NCBI GenBank assembly: GCA_964363475.1
Contig: CAYIII010000004.1
Span: forward strand, 1 to 38,572
Source: an uncultured Candidatus Saccharibacteria bacterium
GTDB lineage: Bacteria; Patescibacteriota; Minisyncoccia; UBA6257; UBA11618
Direction: 5' to 3'
DNA: 38,572 bases
Of this stretch, positions 1 through 9,234 are shown piece by piece. The notes beneath the pieces were generated by a model, which saw only the letters and a list, made by a program, of their open reading frames with translations, was not told where the DNA came from and searched no databases. The position numbers were made by a program, and so were the translations under genes. Numbering within the stretch: the first letter of the stretch is position 1; the number at the start of each line of letters is the position of its first letter.

Positions 1-241
1 CTCCCTTAACTAATCCGGCAATGTCATAAAACTCCACTACGGCCGGAATAATTTTTTCCGACTGGCTCATTTGAGCCAGCTTTTCTAATTGTCCATCGGG
101 AACAGTTACCACGCCGATATTAGGGTCAATGGTGCAAAAAGGATAATTGGCGATATTAACTTCTTTTTTTGTTAAAAGCTTAAAAAGCGTAGATTTTCCG
201 ACATTGGGCAATCCGATAATGCCGATGGATAGTTTATTCAT
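1..241 (-). CDS. ychF: Redox-regulated ATPase/GTPase YchF, N-terminal part (runs off window)
   Basis: Manual translation from ATG at 241: [20 protein letters not shown]...[10 protein letters not shown]...[11 protein letters not shown], the OBG-family YchF signature. Confidence 0.93.
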   Translation of the reverse strand, partial: MNKLSIGIIGLPNVGKSTLFKLLTKKEVNIANYPFCTIDPNIGVVTVPDGQLEKLAQMSQSEKIIPAVVEFYDIAGLVKG

Positions 242-242
242 A

Positions 243-785
243 TTATTTATAAAAAATTTTATTTTCCACTCTTAAATCTATTTGACTTACATTTTGCATT
301 TTATTTTTCTCTAAAGCGGATAAAAGTCCGGCAATATTATTTTGGGGATTAAATCTTAAACTAAATAATATTTTTACGCTATCGTTGGTTGTGATAATTA
401 AATCCTGACTGCTTCTTATGAACAACACGTTTTTAACATCTAACTTCCCGCTTTTCAAAAATTCTATAATAAGCGCCATATTTTCCCATAAATTATTTTC
501 TAAAAATTGCTTATTGCTTTCCGGCTTGTAATCGGAAATTTCATTAATATTTAGCAACACATCGCCCAGAACAACAGTGGCTTTTTGATTTAAAACGCCG
601 TTATTATCAAACCAATAACAAGCGTCTGGTCGTTCTTCTCCAATGCAAAAAACCCCGTATTCTCGTATTTTATTATTATTTGTCCGCGAAGAGCTCGCTA
701 AAGTTGTTGAGAAATTATTCCAAAAATAATAAACACTGACGGATAAAGAGATAATAAAAATCAAAAGCAAAAATACTAATCTCAT
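243..785 (-). CDS. Membrane-anchored protein, probable FtsQ/DivIB-like cell division protein
   Basis: N-terminal TM helix and C-terminal [12 protein letters not shown] resembling the FtsQ C-terminal DLR motif; ATGA overlap with alr stop. Confidence 0.55.
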   Translation of the reverse strand: MRLVFLLLIFIISLSVSVYYFWNNFSTTLASSSRTNNNKIREYGVFCIGEERPDACYWFDNNGVLNQKATVVLGDVLLNINEISDYKPESNKQFLENNLWENMALIIEFLKSGKLDVKNVLFIRSSQDLIITTNDSVKILFSLRFNPQNNIAGLLSALEKNKMQNVSQIDLRVENKIFYK

Positions 786-1876
786 TGAACAATCTTTTTA
801 ATTAAAGGGTTGATGCGAGTTATTATTTCATAATGAGAGGCCCCTAATTTTTGCGCTATATTAACGGGAATAATTTCCACCTTATCCCCCACTCTGCAAT
901 TTATGTTAGTTACGTCAATAGTAATTAAGTCCATAGAAACCCTTCCTAATATTCGCGCGGATTTATTCTTAATGAAAACCTCTCCTATAGAAGACAAATC
1001 GCGTGGCAATCCATGCCAATATCCAATAGGCACTATTGCTATTCTACCATTGTGTCCCATTTTCTCGGTAAAATCATAACCAACATATTCCCCTCTTTTA
1101 ATATCTTTAACTTCGCTAATCAACGCATGCCACGACATAACGGTCTTAAAATTTAATTTATCGTTTAATTGAATTTCCAATTCCTTTGACGGCCATAAAC
1201 CATAAAGGCCGATTCCTATTCTAACCAAGTCAAGATGATATTTAGGATTGATAAGAGTTCCCGCCGTAGCCGCAATATGTTTCTTTAATCCGCCGGTCGG
1301 CGGATTAAAACCCGCCCGTTCCAGTATAAAAACCGCCTGCTGAAATTTTGAAAATTGCCGTTCATTAAAAGTGGGGTAATTTATATCTTTGGCGGAAGCA
1401 AAATGAGTGTAAACACCCTTTAAATGATTTCCAATTTTTTTTAAGATTCCGTCTAAATCTTCCGCATAAAAACCCTGCCTGTGCATACCGGTATCTATTT
1501 TAAGATGAAAGTTCGGACGTTTTTTAATTGGGCAGCGAATTAAGTCGTCTAATGCTTCTTTGTTGGATATGGTAACGGTAATATCCAATTTACAAGCCAA
1601 AGGATACCAATGGGGCAAGGTAGGGCCTAGAACCAAAATGGATTTTGTAATGCCGTTTTCTCTTAATTTAATTCCCTCAATTACGCTATCTACGCAAAAA
1701 CCGTCAACCCCAAAACTTTCCGCTAATTGAGAAAATAAAACCAAACCATGACCATAGGCATTTGATTTCACCACAGCCCAAAGCTCTGTTTTAGAACCAA
1801 TTATTTTTCGAAAAACATTTAAATTATGCTTAACGGCTTTCTTATTGATTGTTAGCCAAACTTTATATTTATTCAC
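782..1876 (-). CDS. alr: Alanine racemase (probable GTG start at 1876; ORF open to 1915)
   Basis: AVVKSNAYGHG PLP-lysine motif, HLKIDTGMHRQG, VRIGIGLYG, GRVSMD. Confidence 0.96.
   Translation of the reverse strand: MNKYKVWLTINKKAVKHNLNVFRKIIGSKTELWAVVKSNAYGHGLVLFSQLAESFGVDGFCVDSVIEGIKLRENGITKSILVLGPTLPHWYPLACKLDITVTISNKEALDDLIRCPIKKRPNFHLKIDTGMHRQGFYAEDLDGILKKIGNHLKGVYTHFASAKDINYPTFNERQFSKFQQAVFILERAGFNPPTGGLKKHIAATAGTLINPKYHLDLVRIGIGLYGLWPSKELEIQLNDKLNFKTVMSWHALISEVKDIKRGEYVGYDFTEKMGHNGRIAIVPIGYWHGLPRDLSSIGEVFIKNKSARILGRVSMDLITIDVTNINCRVGDKVEIIPVNIAQKLGASHYEIITRINPLIKKIVQ
1284..1309. repeat. Perfect palindrome inside alr, probable in-frame insertion
   Basis: TTTAATCCGCCG-GT-CGGCGGATTAAA, 12-bp arms; encodes FNPPTGGLK. 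Confidence 0.7.
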
Positions 1877-1963
1877 CGCTAATAATCTACCTTGTCTATT
1901 TACAAAATACAACACAAATGATTAGCTTACAAAAGAACTTCTCAACGCAAAAAGGAGGGGCGA

Positions 1964-2494
1964 ATGAGCATTTTAACTTACTGTGGTAAAATTGCGATTG
2001 GCGTTATCGCTACCATAGTGATATTTATCGCATTTCAGGATGAACCTTTTGATAATTACAATACTTGGCATGACCTTTTTACGCTTGAATCCGTAAGCAA
2101 CAGAATCGGGAATTCCATTAAGAATGATGGGGTGGGCGACACGATTATATTATATGCGGTTAAAGCGCCGATTTTTGAAGAAATAGTTTACAGAGGGCCG
2201 TTATGGTTTCTATGCGTAATGTTCGGACTTCTTGGTTTTAATTACTGGGTAAGAAACGTTGTTTTATGGCCCTCGCTAATACTGCCAACCCTAAGTTGGT
2301 CTCTTCACCACCCATATCCGCCGATATATCAACCCCTCATTTTCATAGGGGGAGTCATGAACGGAGCCATTATTATTTATTTATTAGAAAAAAAATGGTC
2401 CAAAACCTCCGTATTTGGAAGCTTGGCTTTGGTAATTTGCGCTCATTCTCTTTTGAACATTTTATTTATTTTGTTTGTTTTGATTACACTATAG
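1964..2494 (+). CDS. CPBP (CAAX/Abi) family intramembrane glutamic protease
   Basis: APIFEEIVYRG motif, downstream His motifs (SLHH, AHSLLN), hydrophobic; AGGAGG RBS upstream. Confidence 0.8.
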   Translation: MSILTYCGKIAIGVIATIVIFIAFQDEPFDNYNTWHDLFTLESVSNRIGNSIKNDGVGDTIILYAVKAPIFEEIVYRGPLWFLCVMFGLLGFNYWVRNVVLWPSLILPTLSWSLHHPYPPIYQPLIFIGGVMNGAIIIYLLEKKWSKTSVFGSLALVICAHSLLNILFILFVLITL

Positions 2495-2516
2495 CCCGTA
2501 AGAAATTGCGGGCTAT
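2491..2516. terminator. Hairpin between convergent CPBP gene and serS
   Basis: ATAGCCCGTA...TGCGGGCTAT inverted repeat overlapping both stop codons. Confidence 0.5.
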
Positions 2517-3709
2517 TCTTCTAAAACTTCGGGAATCGCAAAGTCCCCGTCAGAATTCTGATAATTTTCTATAATGGCAATAATAATTCTACCGATAGCC
2601 AGAGCGGTGGCGTTTAACATATGCGCATATCCTCCTTTTTCATACTTACAATTAATACCCCGCGCTTGAAAATCGGTGGTATTGGAACACGAATGGGTCT
2701 CGCGATATTGATTCTGACCGGGAAGCCAAACCTCAATATCATATTGTTTGGCGTCAGTCCAACCCAAATCACCGGTACAAATTTGCATCACCCTGTAACA
2801 CAACCCCAAATCCCGCATTAATTCTTCTTGACAACTTAACAAAAATTGATGTTCTTTTTCTGATTCCTCCGGCTTGGAAAAAGAAAACATCTCCACCTTA
2901 TCAAATTGATGAACTCGTAAAATTCCTTTTGTATCCTTGCCGTAAGAGCCGGCCTCACGCCTAAAACAAGTAGAAAGCCCGACGTACCTTTTGGGCAAAT
3001 CCCTATCTCTTAATGTCTCATCCATATGCAACGGCCCAAGCGTATGTTCCGCGCTGCCCACCAGATATAAATTATCTTTTTCTAAAAAATAACGCTCTTC
3101 TTTTTGGTCGGCGGCTAATCTCCCCATACCGGCAAATACTTCTGGCCTAATCATCACCGGAGGAATAATCGGTGTAAATCCTTTAGCAATCAGTTTACTA
3201 AAAGCAAACCTGACTAACGCTAATTCTAATAGAGCCGCTTTGCCCTTTAAATAACCAAATCTGCTTCCGGAAACCCTAACCGCTCTCTTAACATCAATAA
3301 TGTCTAGATTTTCCGCCAATAATAAATAATCTTTCGGCTTAAAATCAAATGTTGGTTTTACGCCCACCTCCCTTAAGACAACGTTTTCTAATTCGTTTTT
3401 TCCCACTGGAACATCGCTGGCCACGATATTGGGAAAATCGTTTAATAAATCATTTCTTTTTCTTTCCAATTCTAACATTTCAATGTTAAGCGATTTGATT
3501 TTTTCTTTTACCGACTTAGATTCTTCTATCTTCCGTTCTTTGCTTAATACATTTTGTTCAGCCCTATATTTATCCATACTTGTGGTCAGAGAACGCCATT
3601 TCTCATCCAAATCCAAAAATTGGTCAACTAAATTAGAATCCTTATTTCTTTTGATAAGGGATTCTTTAACCAAATCGGAATTTTCACGAATCAATCTAAT
3701 GTCTAACAT
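2513..3709 (-). CDS. serS: Serine--tRNA ligase
   Basis: MLDIRLIREN start, CFRREAGSYGKDTKGILRVHQFDKVEM, ETHSCSN, HMLNAT. Confidence 0.98.
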   Translation of the reverse strand: MLDIRLIRENSDLVKESLIKRNKDSNLVDQFLDLDEKWRSLTTSMDKYRAEQNVLSKERKIEESKSVKEKIKSLNIEMLELERKRNDLLNDFPNIVASDVPVGKNELENVVLREVGVKPTFDFKPKDYLLLAENLDIIDVKRAVRVSGSRFGYLKGKAALLELALVRFAFSKLIAKGFTPIIPPVMIRPEVFAGMGRLAADQKEERYFLEKDNLYLVGSAEHTLGPLHMDETLRDRDLPKRYVGLSTCFRREAGSYGKDTKGILRVHQFDKVEMFSFSKPEESEKEHQFLLSCQEELMRDLGLCYRVMQICTGDLGWTDAKQYDIEVWLPGQNQYRETHSCSNTTDFQARGINCKYEKGGYAHMLNATALAIGRIIIAIIENYQNSDGDFAIPEVLEE

Positions 3710-3716
3710 AAATTCA

Positions 3717-5147
3717 TTATTTTTCCTTTTGTTTCATCAAAGGAAATATTACTGTTTCCCTTACCGGCCTATTCATAAGAACAGCAAAAAGCCGTTCCGA
3801 AAAGCCGAAACCTGCTGACGGTGGCATGCCATATTCCATGGCCTCTAAAAAGTCCTCGTCCAATCTTTGCGCTTCTCTGTCGCCTTCCTCTCTTAATTTC
3901 ATTTGCTCTTCAAATCTTTTTCTCTGGTCAATCGGGTCGTTATTTTCAGAAAAACCCTTGCCCAATTCCGTACCACAAGCGACAACCTGAAACCGCGCCA
4001 CTCTATTTTTATCATCATTCAAACGCTTAGCCAATGGCTCTATATCCACCGGAGGATTAATTAAAAACGATGGCTGGATAATATTCGGACGTACCAACTT
4101 TTTATATAACAAATCTATTAATCTGCCTCGCCCCAAATTTTTCTCCGGTTTCAAATTTAAATCTGCGGCTTTCTGATAGAGGTCGTCTTTATCGGATTTC
4201 TCCAGATTTAAATCCGCATACTTCTCAAAAAGATGGTAGTAGTCAAGAACTTCCCATTTTCTACCCCAATTAATAGAATCCTCATTATAACTTGTTGTTA
4301 AACTCCCCGCGGTTTTTTCAATAATATCTTTATACATTTCTTCAACAAATTTCATCATGCCTTGATAATCCTGATAGGCCCAATAAAATTCGCATTGGTT
4401 ATAATCTTGCAGATGCTCTTTATCAATGCCTTCATTTCTAAAAACCCTTCCTATTTCAAAAATTTTTTCAAAATTGCCTACTAGGATTTTTTTTAGAGGC
4501 AATTCTAAAGAAATTCTAAGGTAAAAATCCATATTCAAGGCGTTATGATGAGTAATAAAGGGCTCGGCATCGGCGCCACCGGGTATTGATTCTAAAACGG
4601 ATGTTTCCACCTCTAAAAAGCCGTTCTCCCTTAAATACGCCCGACAGGCATCCCAAAAAATGGGCTTCTTTTGAAAAATATCGCGAACTTCAGGATGAAA
4701 AAGCAAGTCCAGATATCTCTTCCTCAAACGAGTTTCCGTATCTTCTAAACCAGACCATTGGTCGGGCAATGGCCTGAGGCCCTTGGCCAATAAACGCAAA
4801 CTTTTTGCGTCAACGCTGATTTCTCCTTTTTTTGTTTCAAAAATATCGCCGCTAACTTCAACAAAGTCCCCGATATCTAAATTATTTTTAAACAGGTCAA
4901 AATCAGAAATATTTTCCTTTTTTATTACAGCTTGAATTTTTCCCGTAGCGTCAAAAACATCAATAAAAAAAACGCCTCCCTGCACTCTCAACCCCATCAT
5001 TCTTCCGGAAACAAAAACATTATTTTGCCCTAATCTGATGTCTTGAGCAAAATGAGTTCGTTTACTTTCAGCCGCATAAGGCGAATGGCCCGCTTTCTGA
5101 AAATTGGCTAATTTCTTTAAACGTTCGTTTATTAAATCATCTAGCAT
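3717..5147 (-). CDS. lysS: Lysine--tRNA ligase (class II)
   Basis: OB-fold, RLRKRYLDL, YLRISLELPLK, EIGRVFRNEG, MEYGMPPSAGFG. Confidence 0.98.
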   Translation of the reverse strand: MLDDLINERLKKLANFQKAGHSPYAAESKRTHFAQDIRLGQNNVFVSGRMMGLRVQGGVFFIDVFDATGKIQAVIKKENISDFDLFKNNLDIGDFVEVSGDIFETKKGEISVDAKSLRLLAKGLRPLPDQWSGLEDTETRLRKRYLDLLFHPEVRDIFQKKPIFWDACRAYLRENGFLEVETSVLESIPGGADAEPFITHHNALNMDFYLRISLELPLKKILVGNFEKIFEIGRVFRNEGIDKEHLQDYNQCEFYWAYQDYQGMMKFVEEMYKDIIEKTAGSLTTSYNEDSINWGRKWEVLDYYHLFEKYADLNLEKSDKDDLYQKAADLNLKPEKNLGRGRLIDLLYKKLVRPNIIQPSFLINPPVDIEPLAKRLNDDKNRVARFQVVACGTELGKGFSENNDPIDQRKRFEEQMKLREEGDREAQRLDEDFLEAMEYGMPPSAGFGFSERLFAVLMNRPVRETVIFPLMKQKEK

Positions 5148-5154
5148 CTACTAC

Positions 5155-5619
5155 TTATTCTACACTAATAATCTTATATGTAACCTCCCCCCTTGGCGTA
5201 TTAATATTAACCACATCCCCCGCCTTCTTATTTAAAAAGGCCTTGCCCAAAGGAGACTCATTGGAAATAAAACCGGATTCCGGATTAGATTCGTTAGAGC
5301 CGACTATAGAAAACCTTGATTCTTTGCCGTCTTTTTTCACAACTGCGGTAGAACCGACTCGAACTGTCTTACCGCCTTCATCTTTTTTAATTAAAACGGC
5401 GTTTCTAACTATTTCTTCTAATTCAAAAATTTTTGACTCAACTATGGACTGCTCCTCTCTGGCCTCCACATATTCCGAATTTTCGGACAAATCGCCCAAT
5501 TCTTTCGCTCGCTTCAACCTATCCGCAATTTCCAGCCGTTTTCTAGTTTTTAAATCTATTAATTCCTTCTTTAGTTCCTCCAACCGACCGGCAGTTAAAT
5601 AATGTTTGTCGTATTCCAT
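5155..5619 (-). CDS. greA: Transcription elongation factor GreA (probable start MEYDKH)
   Basis: GDLSENSEY and ISNESPLGKAFL motifs. Confidence 0.96.
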   Translation of the reverse strand: MEYDKHYLTAGRLEELKKELIDLKTRKRLEIADRLKRAKELGDLSENSEYVEAREEQSIVESKIFELEEIVRNAVLIKKDEGGKTVRVGSTAVVKKDGKESRFSIVGSNESNPESGFISNESPLGKAFLNKKAGDVVNINTPRGEVTYKIISVE

Positions 5620-5667
5620 AATTTTATTCCTAAGTTTGAAATAATAATGGGCAAATGTCAATCTTTT

Positions 5668-6135
5668 TTAAGAATCAATCGTTCTGGCGCTGACTGTAGT
5701 TTGCAAATTAGTGACAAAGGACTCCAACGCCCCTTTTGCGCTGATTCCTAAACTAATCGTAACTCTAGTTGAACGGCCGTCATTTAATCTCTCCCCCAAA
5801 AGACTGATATTAAAATAAACAACATTAACATTGCTAGCGGTTATAGATTTGCCGTTTCTCTTAATAGAATTAGAATCCAGCTCATAAACTACCGACTCTT
5901 CTAAATAATTTGTAAAACTCAACTGGCTTTTTCCCGAAGAAAAATCCCTGCCCGTTCTTATCTCTCTGATTATTTGTTCCAACGCCAAACTGGCATTGTC
6001 ATTCGCCGCCATTAAAGAAACAATTTGCCTTTGCGTTCTTAAAGATTTTATAAAAATTCCGGAAGAAACGGAAATAACAACAATAAATAGGCCTATCGCC
6101 ACTAAAAGCTCTATCATTGTAAAACCTTTTTTCAT
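5668..6135 (-). CDS. Minor type IV pilin (prepilin N-terminal cleavage/methylation motif)
   Basis: KKG/FTMIELLVAI class III signal peptide. Confidence 0.88.
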   Translation of the reverse strand: MKKGFTMIELLVAIGLFIVVISVSSGIFIKSLRTQRQIVSLMAANDNASLALEQIIREIRTGRDFSSGKSQLSFTNYLEESVVYELDSNSIKRNGKSITASNVNVVYFNISLLGERLNDGRSTRVTISLGISAKGALESFVTNLQTTVSARTIDS

Positions 6136-6136
6136 A

Positions 6137-6634
6137 TTATTGTCTCCAGTTAAAAAAGTGGTCTTCTAAATTAATATCAAACTTTCCGCCGCCCCTTGTA
6201 GTCCAATTAACTTTGGAATTCACTCTTATTTCTTGGCCGTCCGTTGAAGTATTAATGGCGATAGTTCTCTGAAAGTTTGTTGACTGAAAATTATCGTAAC
6301 TATAAAATCCGTCAACGGGATTAAAATTTAAAAAACGAACTTGTCTAGGGGCTAAAGAAACACTTCGGTAATCAACTTCGTGCTCGCCGTCGCCAATTTC
6401 ATAATTCCAAGGCCTTTCTTGAATCAAATTATTGTCTATAAGATTTTTTACAATCTCTATGCCTTCAGCGGCCAAATAGGCGGCCTTAACACGGTCTGAA
6501 ACAACTCTATTTAAACTTAAAGACCGAGAAAGCAGGGAAAATATTCCCAATAAACCAACGGTTACCAATGTAATGGCAATTATTGATTCTATTAAAAGAT
6601 ACCCCTTATTATTATGAACTGATTTGTCCGGCAT
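6137..6634 (-). CDS. Minor type IV pilin, PilV-like
   Basis: KG/YLLIESIIAI class III signal; AAYLAAEGIEIVK motif. Confidence 0.85.
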   Translation of the reverse strand: MPDKSVHNNKGYLLIESIIAITLVTVGLLGIFSLLSRSLSLNRVVSDRVKAAYLAAEGIEIVKNLIDNNLIQERPWNYEIGDGEHEVDYRSVSLAPRQVRFLNFNPVDGFYSYDNFQSTNFQRTIAINTSTDGQEIRVNSKVNWTTRGGGKFDINLEDHFFNWRQ

Positions 6635-7133
6635 TGTTGATTAAAATATTTACCTTTAAATTCTCATCCGCCGAAGACAATCCAATCTGAACTTCTTCCA
6701 GAAACTGACCGCCATCTAAATATACTCGGGGATTGGGAGGAACGAATAAAATGTCATGAATATCCAATCGATAAAATTTTAAAGCGGAATCTAAAGAATG
6801 AACTTCGTTATCAAGCTTTTCGCCAAAAGCCAATCCAGAGTAAACACGGTCGGTATTACGGCAATCACTGGATAAGTCCTTATAAATAAAATAAGATTTT
6901 TCTTCAAAAGCGACTCCGTAACCACAAGTCGGCTCATTCTCCACAAAAGTATTTAAAGATAAAGATTTTGCTCTTAATATTACGCTGATAAGATTTGCTT
7001 TTTCTCTTAACAAAATCAACTGCCGTTCGCCGGTCCTATTGTAAAGAACCAAAACGGAAATCAAAAAGGTAAGAATGCTTATGATAATCAGCATTTCTAT
7101 CAAAGTAAAAGCTCTTCTGCTATTCATACCCAT
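6612..7133 (-). CDS. Minor type IV pilin, FimT/GspH-like
   Basis: RRA/FTLIEMLIII class III signal. Confidence 0.85.
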   Translation of the reverse strand: MGMNSRRAFTLIEMLIIISILTFLISVLVLYNRTGERQLILLREKANLISVILRAKSLSLNTFVENEPTCGYGVAFEEKSYFIYKDLSSDCRNTDRVYSGLAFGEKLDNEVHSLDSALKFYRLDIHDILFVPPNPRVYLDGGQFLEEVQIGLSSADENLKVNILINNAGQISS

Positions 7134-7151
7134 GATAGTATTCTATCTTAT

Positions 7152-7180
7152 TTGACACCATAAAAAAAAGTTGATAGCGT
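7152..7180 (+). promoter_or_regulatory. Sigma70-like promoter for the CPBP gene
   Basis: TTGACA-17 nt-TAGCGT with TG extension. Confidence 0.5.
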
Positions 7181-7223
7181 CCTCATTAGATCGTTTAAAA
7201 ACCTATCAGCACTGGAAAGAAAA

Positions 7224-7724
7224 GTGGACAACAAAACGAAATTCGTTTTGGGATTAAAGTATGGATTAATTTTAGTAGTTATCGCAATATTGATTAACTC
7301 TGCGAATTATCTTGTAAGCCGTCTACTTAATCTGCCAATCGAAGATCCTAATAATGATTCTCCTGTAATGGACTTGTTAAAAAGCGCTTCTCGCAATCCC
7401 TCTACTTTTCTGTTTATCATTTTATATATAACCGTCTTAGCCCCCCTTGTTGAAGAATCAATTTTTCGTTGGGTTCCAATACGATTAACAAAGTTTTTCA
7501 CAGATAGCAAAGTTGTTTTATGGTCTGTAGTCGTTATTTTTTCAATTATTTTTGGATCACTGCACGGCGATCCGGCGTCAATGTTGATAGCTGGCGTTGC
7601 CGGACTCTTGTTGTCAAATGTATTTCTGAAGGGGGGGATGATTTCGTCGTGGACTGCTCATACTTTTTTTAATTCTGTTGGAGTAACAGTCGCGTTAATT
7701 CATATGTATTTTTTTAAAAACTAA
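7224..7724 (+). CDS. CPBP (CAAX/Abi) family intramembrane glutamic protease
   Basis: APLVEESIFR, FGSLH, AHTFFN motifs; multiple TM helices. Confidence 0.85.
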   Translation: MDNKTKFVLGLKYGLILVVIAILINSANYLVSRLLNLPIEDPNNDSPVMDLLKSASRNPSTFLFIILYITVLAPLVEESIFRWVPIRLTKFFTDSKVVLWSVVVIFSIIFGSLHGDPASMLIAGVAGLLLSNVFLKGGMISSWTAHTFFNSVGVTVALIHMYFFKN

Positions 7725-7754
7725 ATGCCACAGGTACATCCCTATGGCATTTTT
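7723..7754 (+). terminator. Probable intrinsic terminator of the CPBP gene
   Basis: AAATGCCA...TGGCATTTTT hairpin right after the stop. Confidence 0.4.
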
Positions 7755-7774
7755 AAATTTCTAATTAACCTAAT

Positions 7775-7896
7775 AAAACCCCAAATCCCAATGACCAAAT
7801 CCCAATAAAATCTTAAAATCACAAATCCCAATATTAAGTATTGTAATTTGGGGTTTGGGGCTTTGTTGGGATTTGGAACTTGGTGCTTGGGATTTT
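7775..7896. repeat. Long imperfect inverted repeat built from CAAATCC-type heptamers
   Basis: Left arm 7775-7832 and right arm 7840-7896 each consist of 7-nt units and match unit-for-unit in inverted orientation. Confidence 0.85.
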
Positions 7897-7908
7897 ATTT
7901 CGAACATG

Positions 7909-8772
7909 TTATATAAAACTAAAATACCAATTTAATATCTGGTGGCCAAAAAATATTTCCAGCCAGAATCCGGTTACCAAAAACGGGCCGAAAGGCACCA
8001 TGGTTTTTAATTTTTTCTTTCTCAACAACAATAATATTGAAGCCCAAACACCGCCGACTAAAAAAGACAAGCATAAAGCCAGCGTAATATCCGGCCAACC
8101 TAAAATTAAACCCATCGCTCCTGCCAGCTTTACATCCCCCATGCCCATTGCCCTGCCCCAAGTTAACAGAACAATAATTCCCAGAAACGCCGTTCCAATA
8201 AAACCGGCAAGGAAATGATTTATAAATATGCCGGCAAGCCCTTCAACGCGGCTCGGAGCAAGCCATTCGCTGTAATTTCTTAAAAAAGAAGTTGAGCCCA
8301 AAAACATTAAAACAAAACCCATTACAGCCAAAAAAATATTTATCCCGTCAGGAATAATCATCTGCCGCCAATCAATAACTGACAGAACAAGCATTGCCAA
8401 GGCAATCAGCAACCAAATTAAAGCCAACCATTCTCTATAAGCATGCGGAGGGAAATAATAATAATTATAAAAATACAAAGGCAATAAAAAAATAAAACCG
8501 GTTATCAGCTCTACTATCGGATATTGCCAAGAAATTTTTTTACGGCACCCGCGGCATTTGCCTAATTGAATAACAAAACTTAGTAAAGGAATCAATTCAA
8601 ACCAATTTAGTTTCTTTTTGCAGTGAGGACAAAAAGAACGCCCGCCTAAAGATTGTTTTTGATAACGCAAACCAACCACATTTAAAAAACTACCCACCAT
8701 TAAACCAAAAACAAAAAGGCTTGTCCCGAGCAAGGTCGAGGGGCTAAAACTTAACGCAGTAATATCTGTCAT
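7909..8772 (-). CDS. pilD: Prepilin peptidase (A24); probable start MTDIT at 8772
   Basis: GSFLNV, RSFCPHC, GKCRGC, YPIVEL, ID...IIPD, MGMGDVKL, PFGPFL. Confidence 0.95.
   Translation of the reverse strand: MTDITALSFSPSTLLGTSLFVFGLMVGSFLNVVGLRYQKQSLGGRSFCPHCKKKLNWFELIPLLSFVIQLGKCRGCRKKISWQYPIVELITGFIFLLPLYFYNYYYFPPHAYREWLALIWLLIALAMLVLSVIDWRQMIIPDGINIFLAVMGFVLMFLGSTSFLRNYSEWLAPSRVEGLAGIFINHFLAGFIGTAFLGIIVLLTWGRAMGMGDVKLAGAMGLILGWPDITLALCLSFLVGGVWASILLLLRKKKLKTMVPFGPFLVTGFWLEIFFGHQILNWYFSFI
8234..8264 (+). repeat. 24-bp in-frame mini-insert with GCAAGCC direct repeat inside pilD
   Basis: GCAAGCC at 8234-8240 and 8258-8264; adds LAPSRVEG; similar to 8718-8745 and 35327-35351. Confidence 0.65.
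8718..8745 (-). repeat. 24-bp mini-insert with AGCC direct repeat at the pilD 5' end/pilin stop
   Basis: Minus strand AGCC-CCTCGACCTTGCTCGGGACA-AGCC; in frame in pilD (PSTLLGTS). Confidence 0.65.
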
Positions 8773-9196
8773 CTTCGCTAGCCGGACCGCAATCAACAGA
8801 GCCAAATTGCAAACTATCAATATCCTCGCGCAAAACGGAATTATTTTTGTCCTCTAAAACCGCTTTTAAGACATAACTCTGCCCATCGCCCGCATATTCA
8901 TAAACCGCCCTCTTGTCCGGGTCGTTGGGAATATTTTCAATGCCAATTCCCGAATTAACCAATTCGCTTTGAAGACCGGCCCAATTATTGATTTGAGGAT
9001 AAGAACCATTTTTACTGTAATAAAGTTCCAGTCCGTTTTGAACTGAACGCAAGTCCGCAACACGCCTAGTATCTCGGCCTCTCTGCCTAAAAGAGCCTAA
9101 GCCCACTAAAACAACGGAAGCCAATAGGCCGATTATAAAAATAACAATAAGAATTTCTATTAATGTGAATCCTTTATTTGCCCTATTTTCACTCAT
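8744..9196 (-). CDS. Type IV pilin / GspG-like major pilin
   Basis: KG/FTLIEILIVI, RDTRRVADL, GLELYY, IPNDP, C-terminal Cys pair. Confidence 0.9.
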   Translation of the reverse strand: MSENRANKGFTLIEILIVIFIIGLLASVVLVGLGSFRQRGRDTRRVADLRSVQNGLELYYSKNGSYPQINNWAGLQSELVNSGIGIENIPNDPDKRAVYEYAGDGQSYVLKAVLEDKNNSVLREDIDSLQFGSVDCGPASEDDRYYCVKF

Positions 9197-9234
9197 GTTT
9201 ATAATCGTACTATATGTTTTTAAAAATTCCAACC

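Noticed and set aside
7775-7896. Possible CRISPR array
   Set aside because: Units are 7 nt with no unique spacers, arranged as an inverted repeat; no cas genes in the window.
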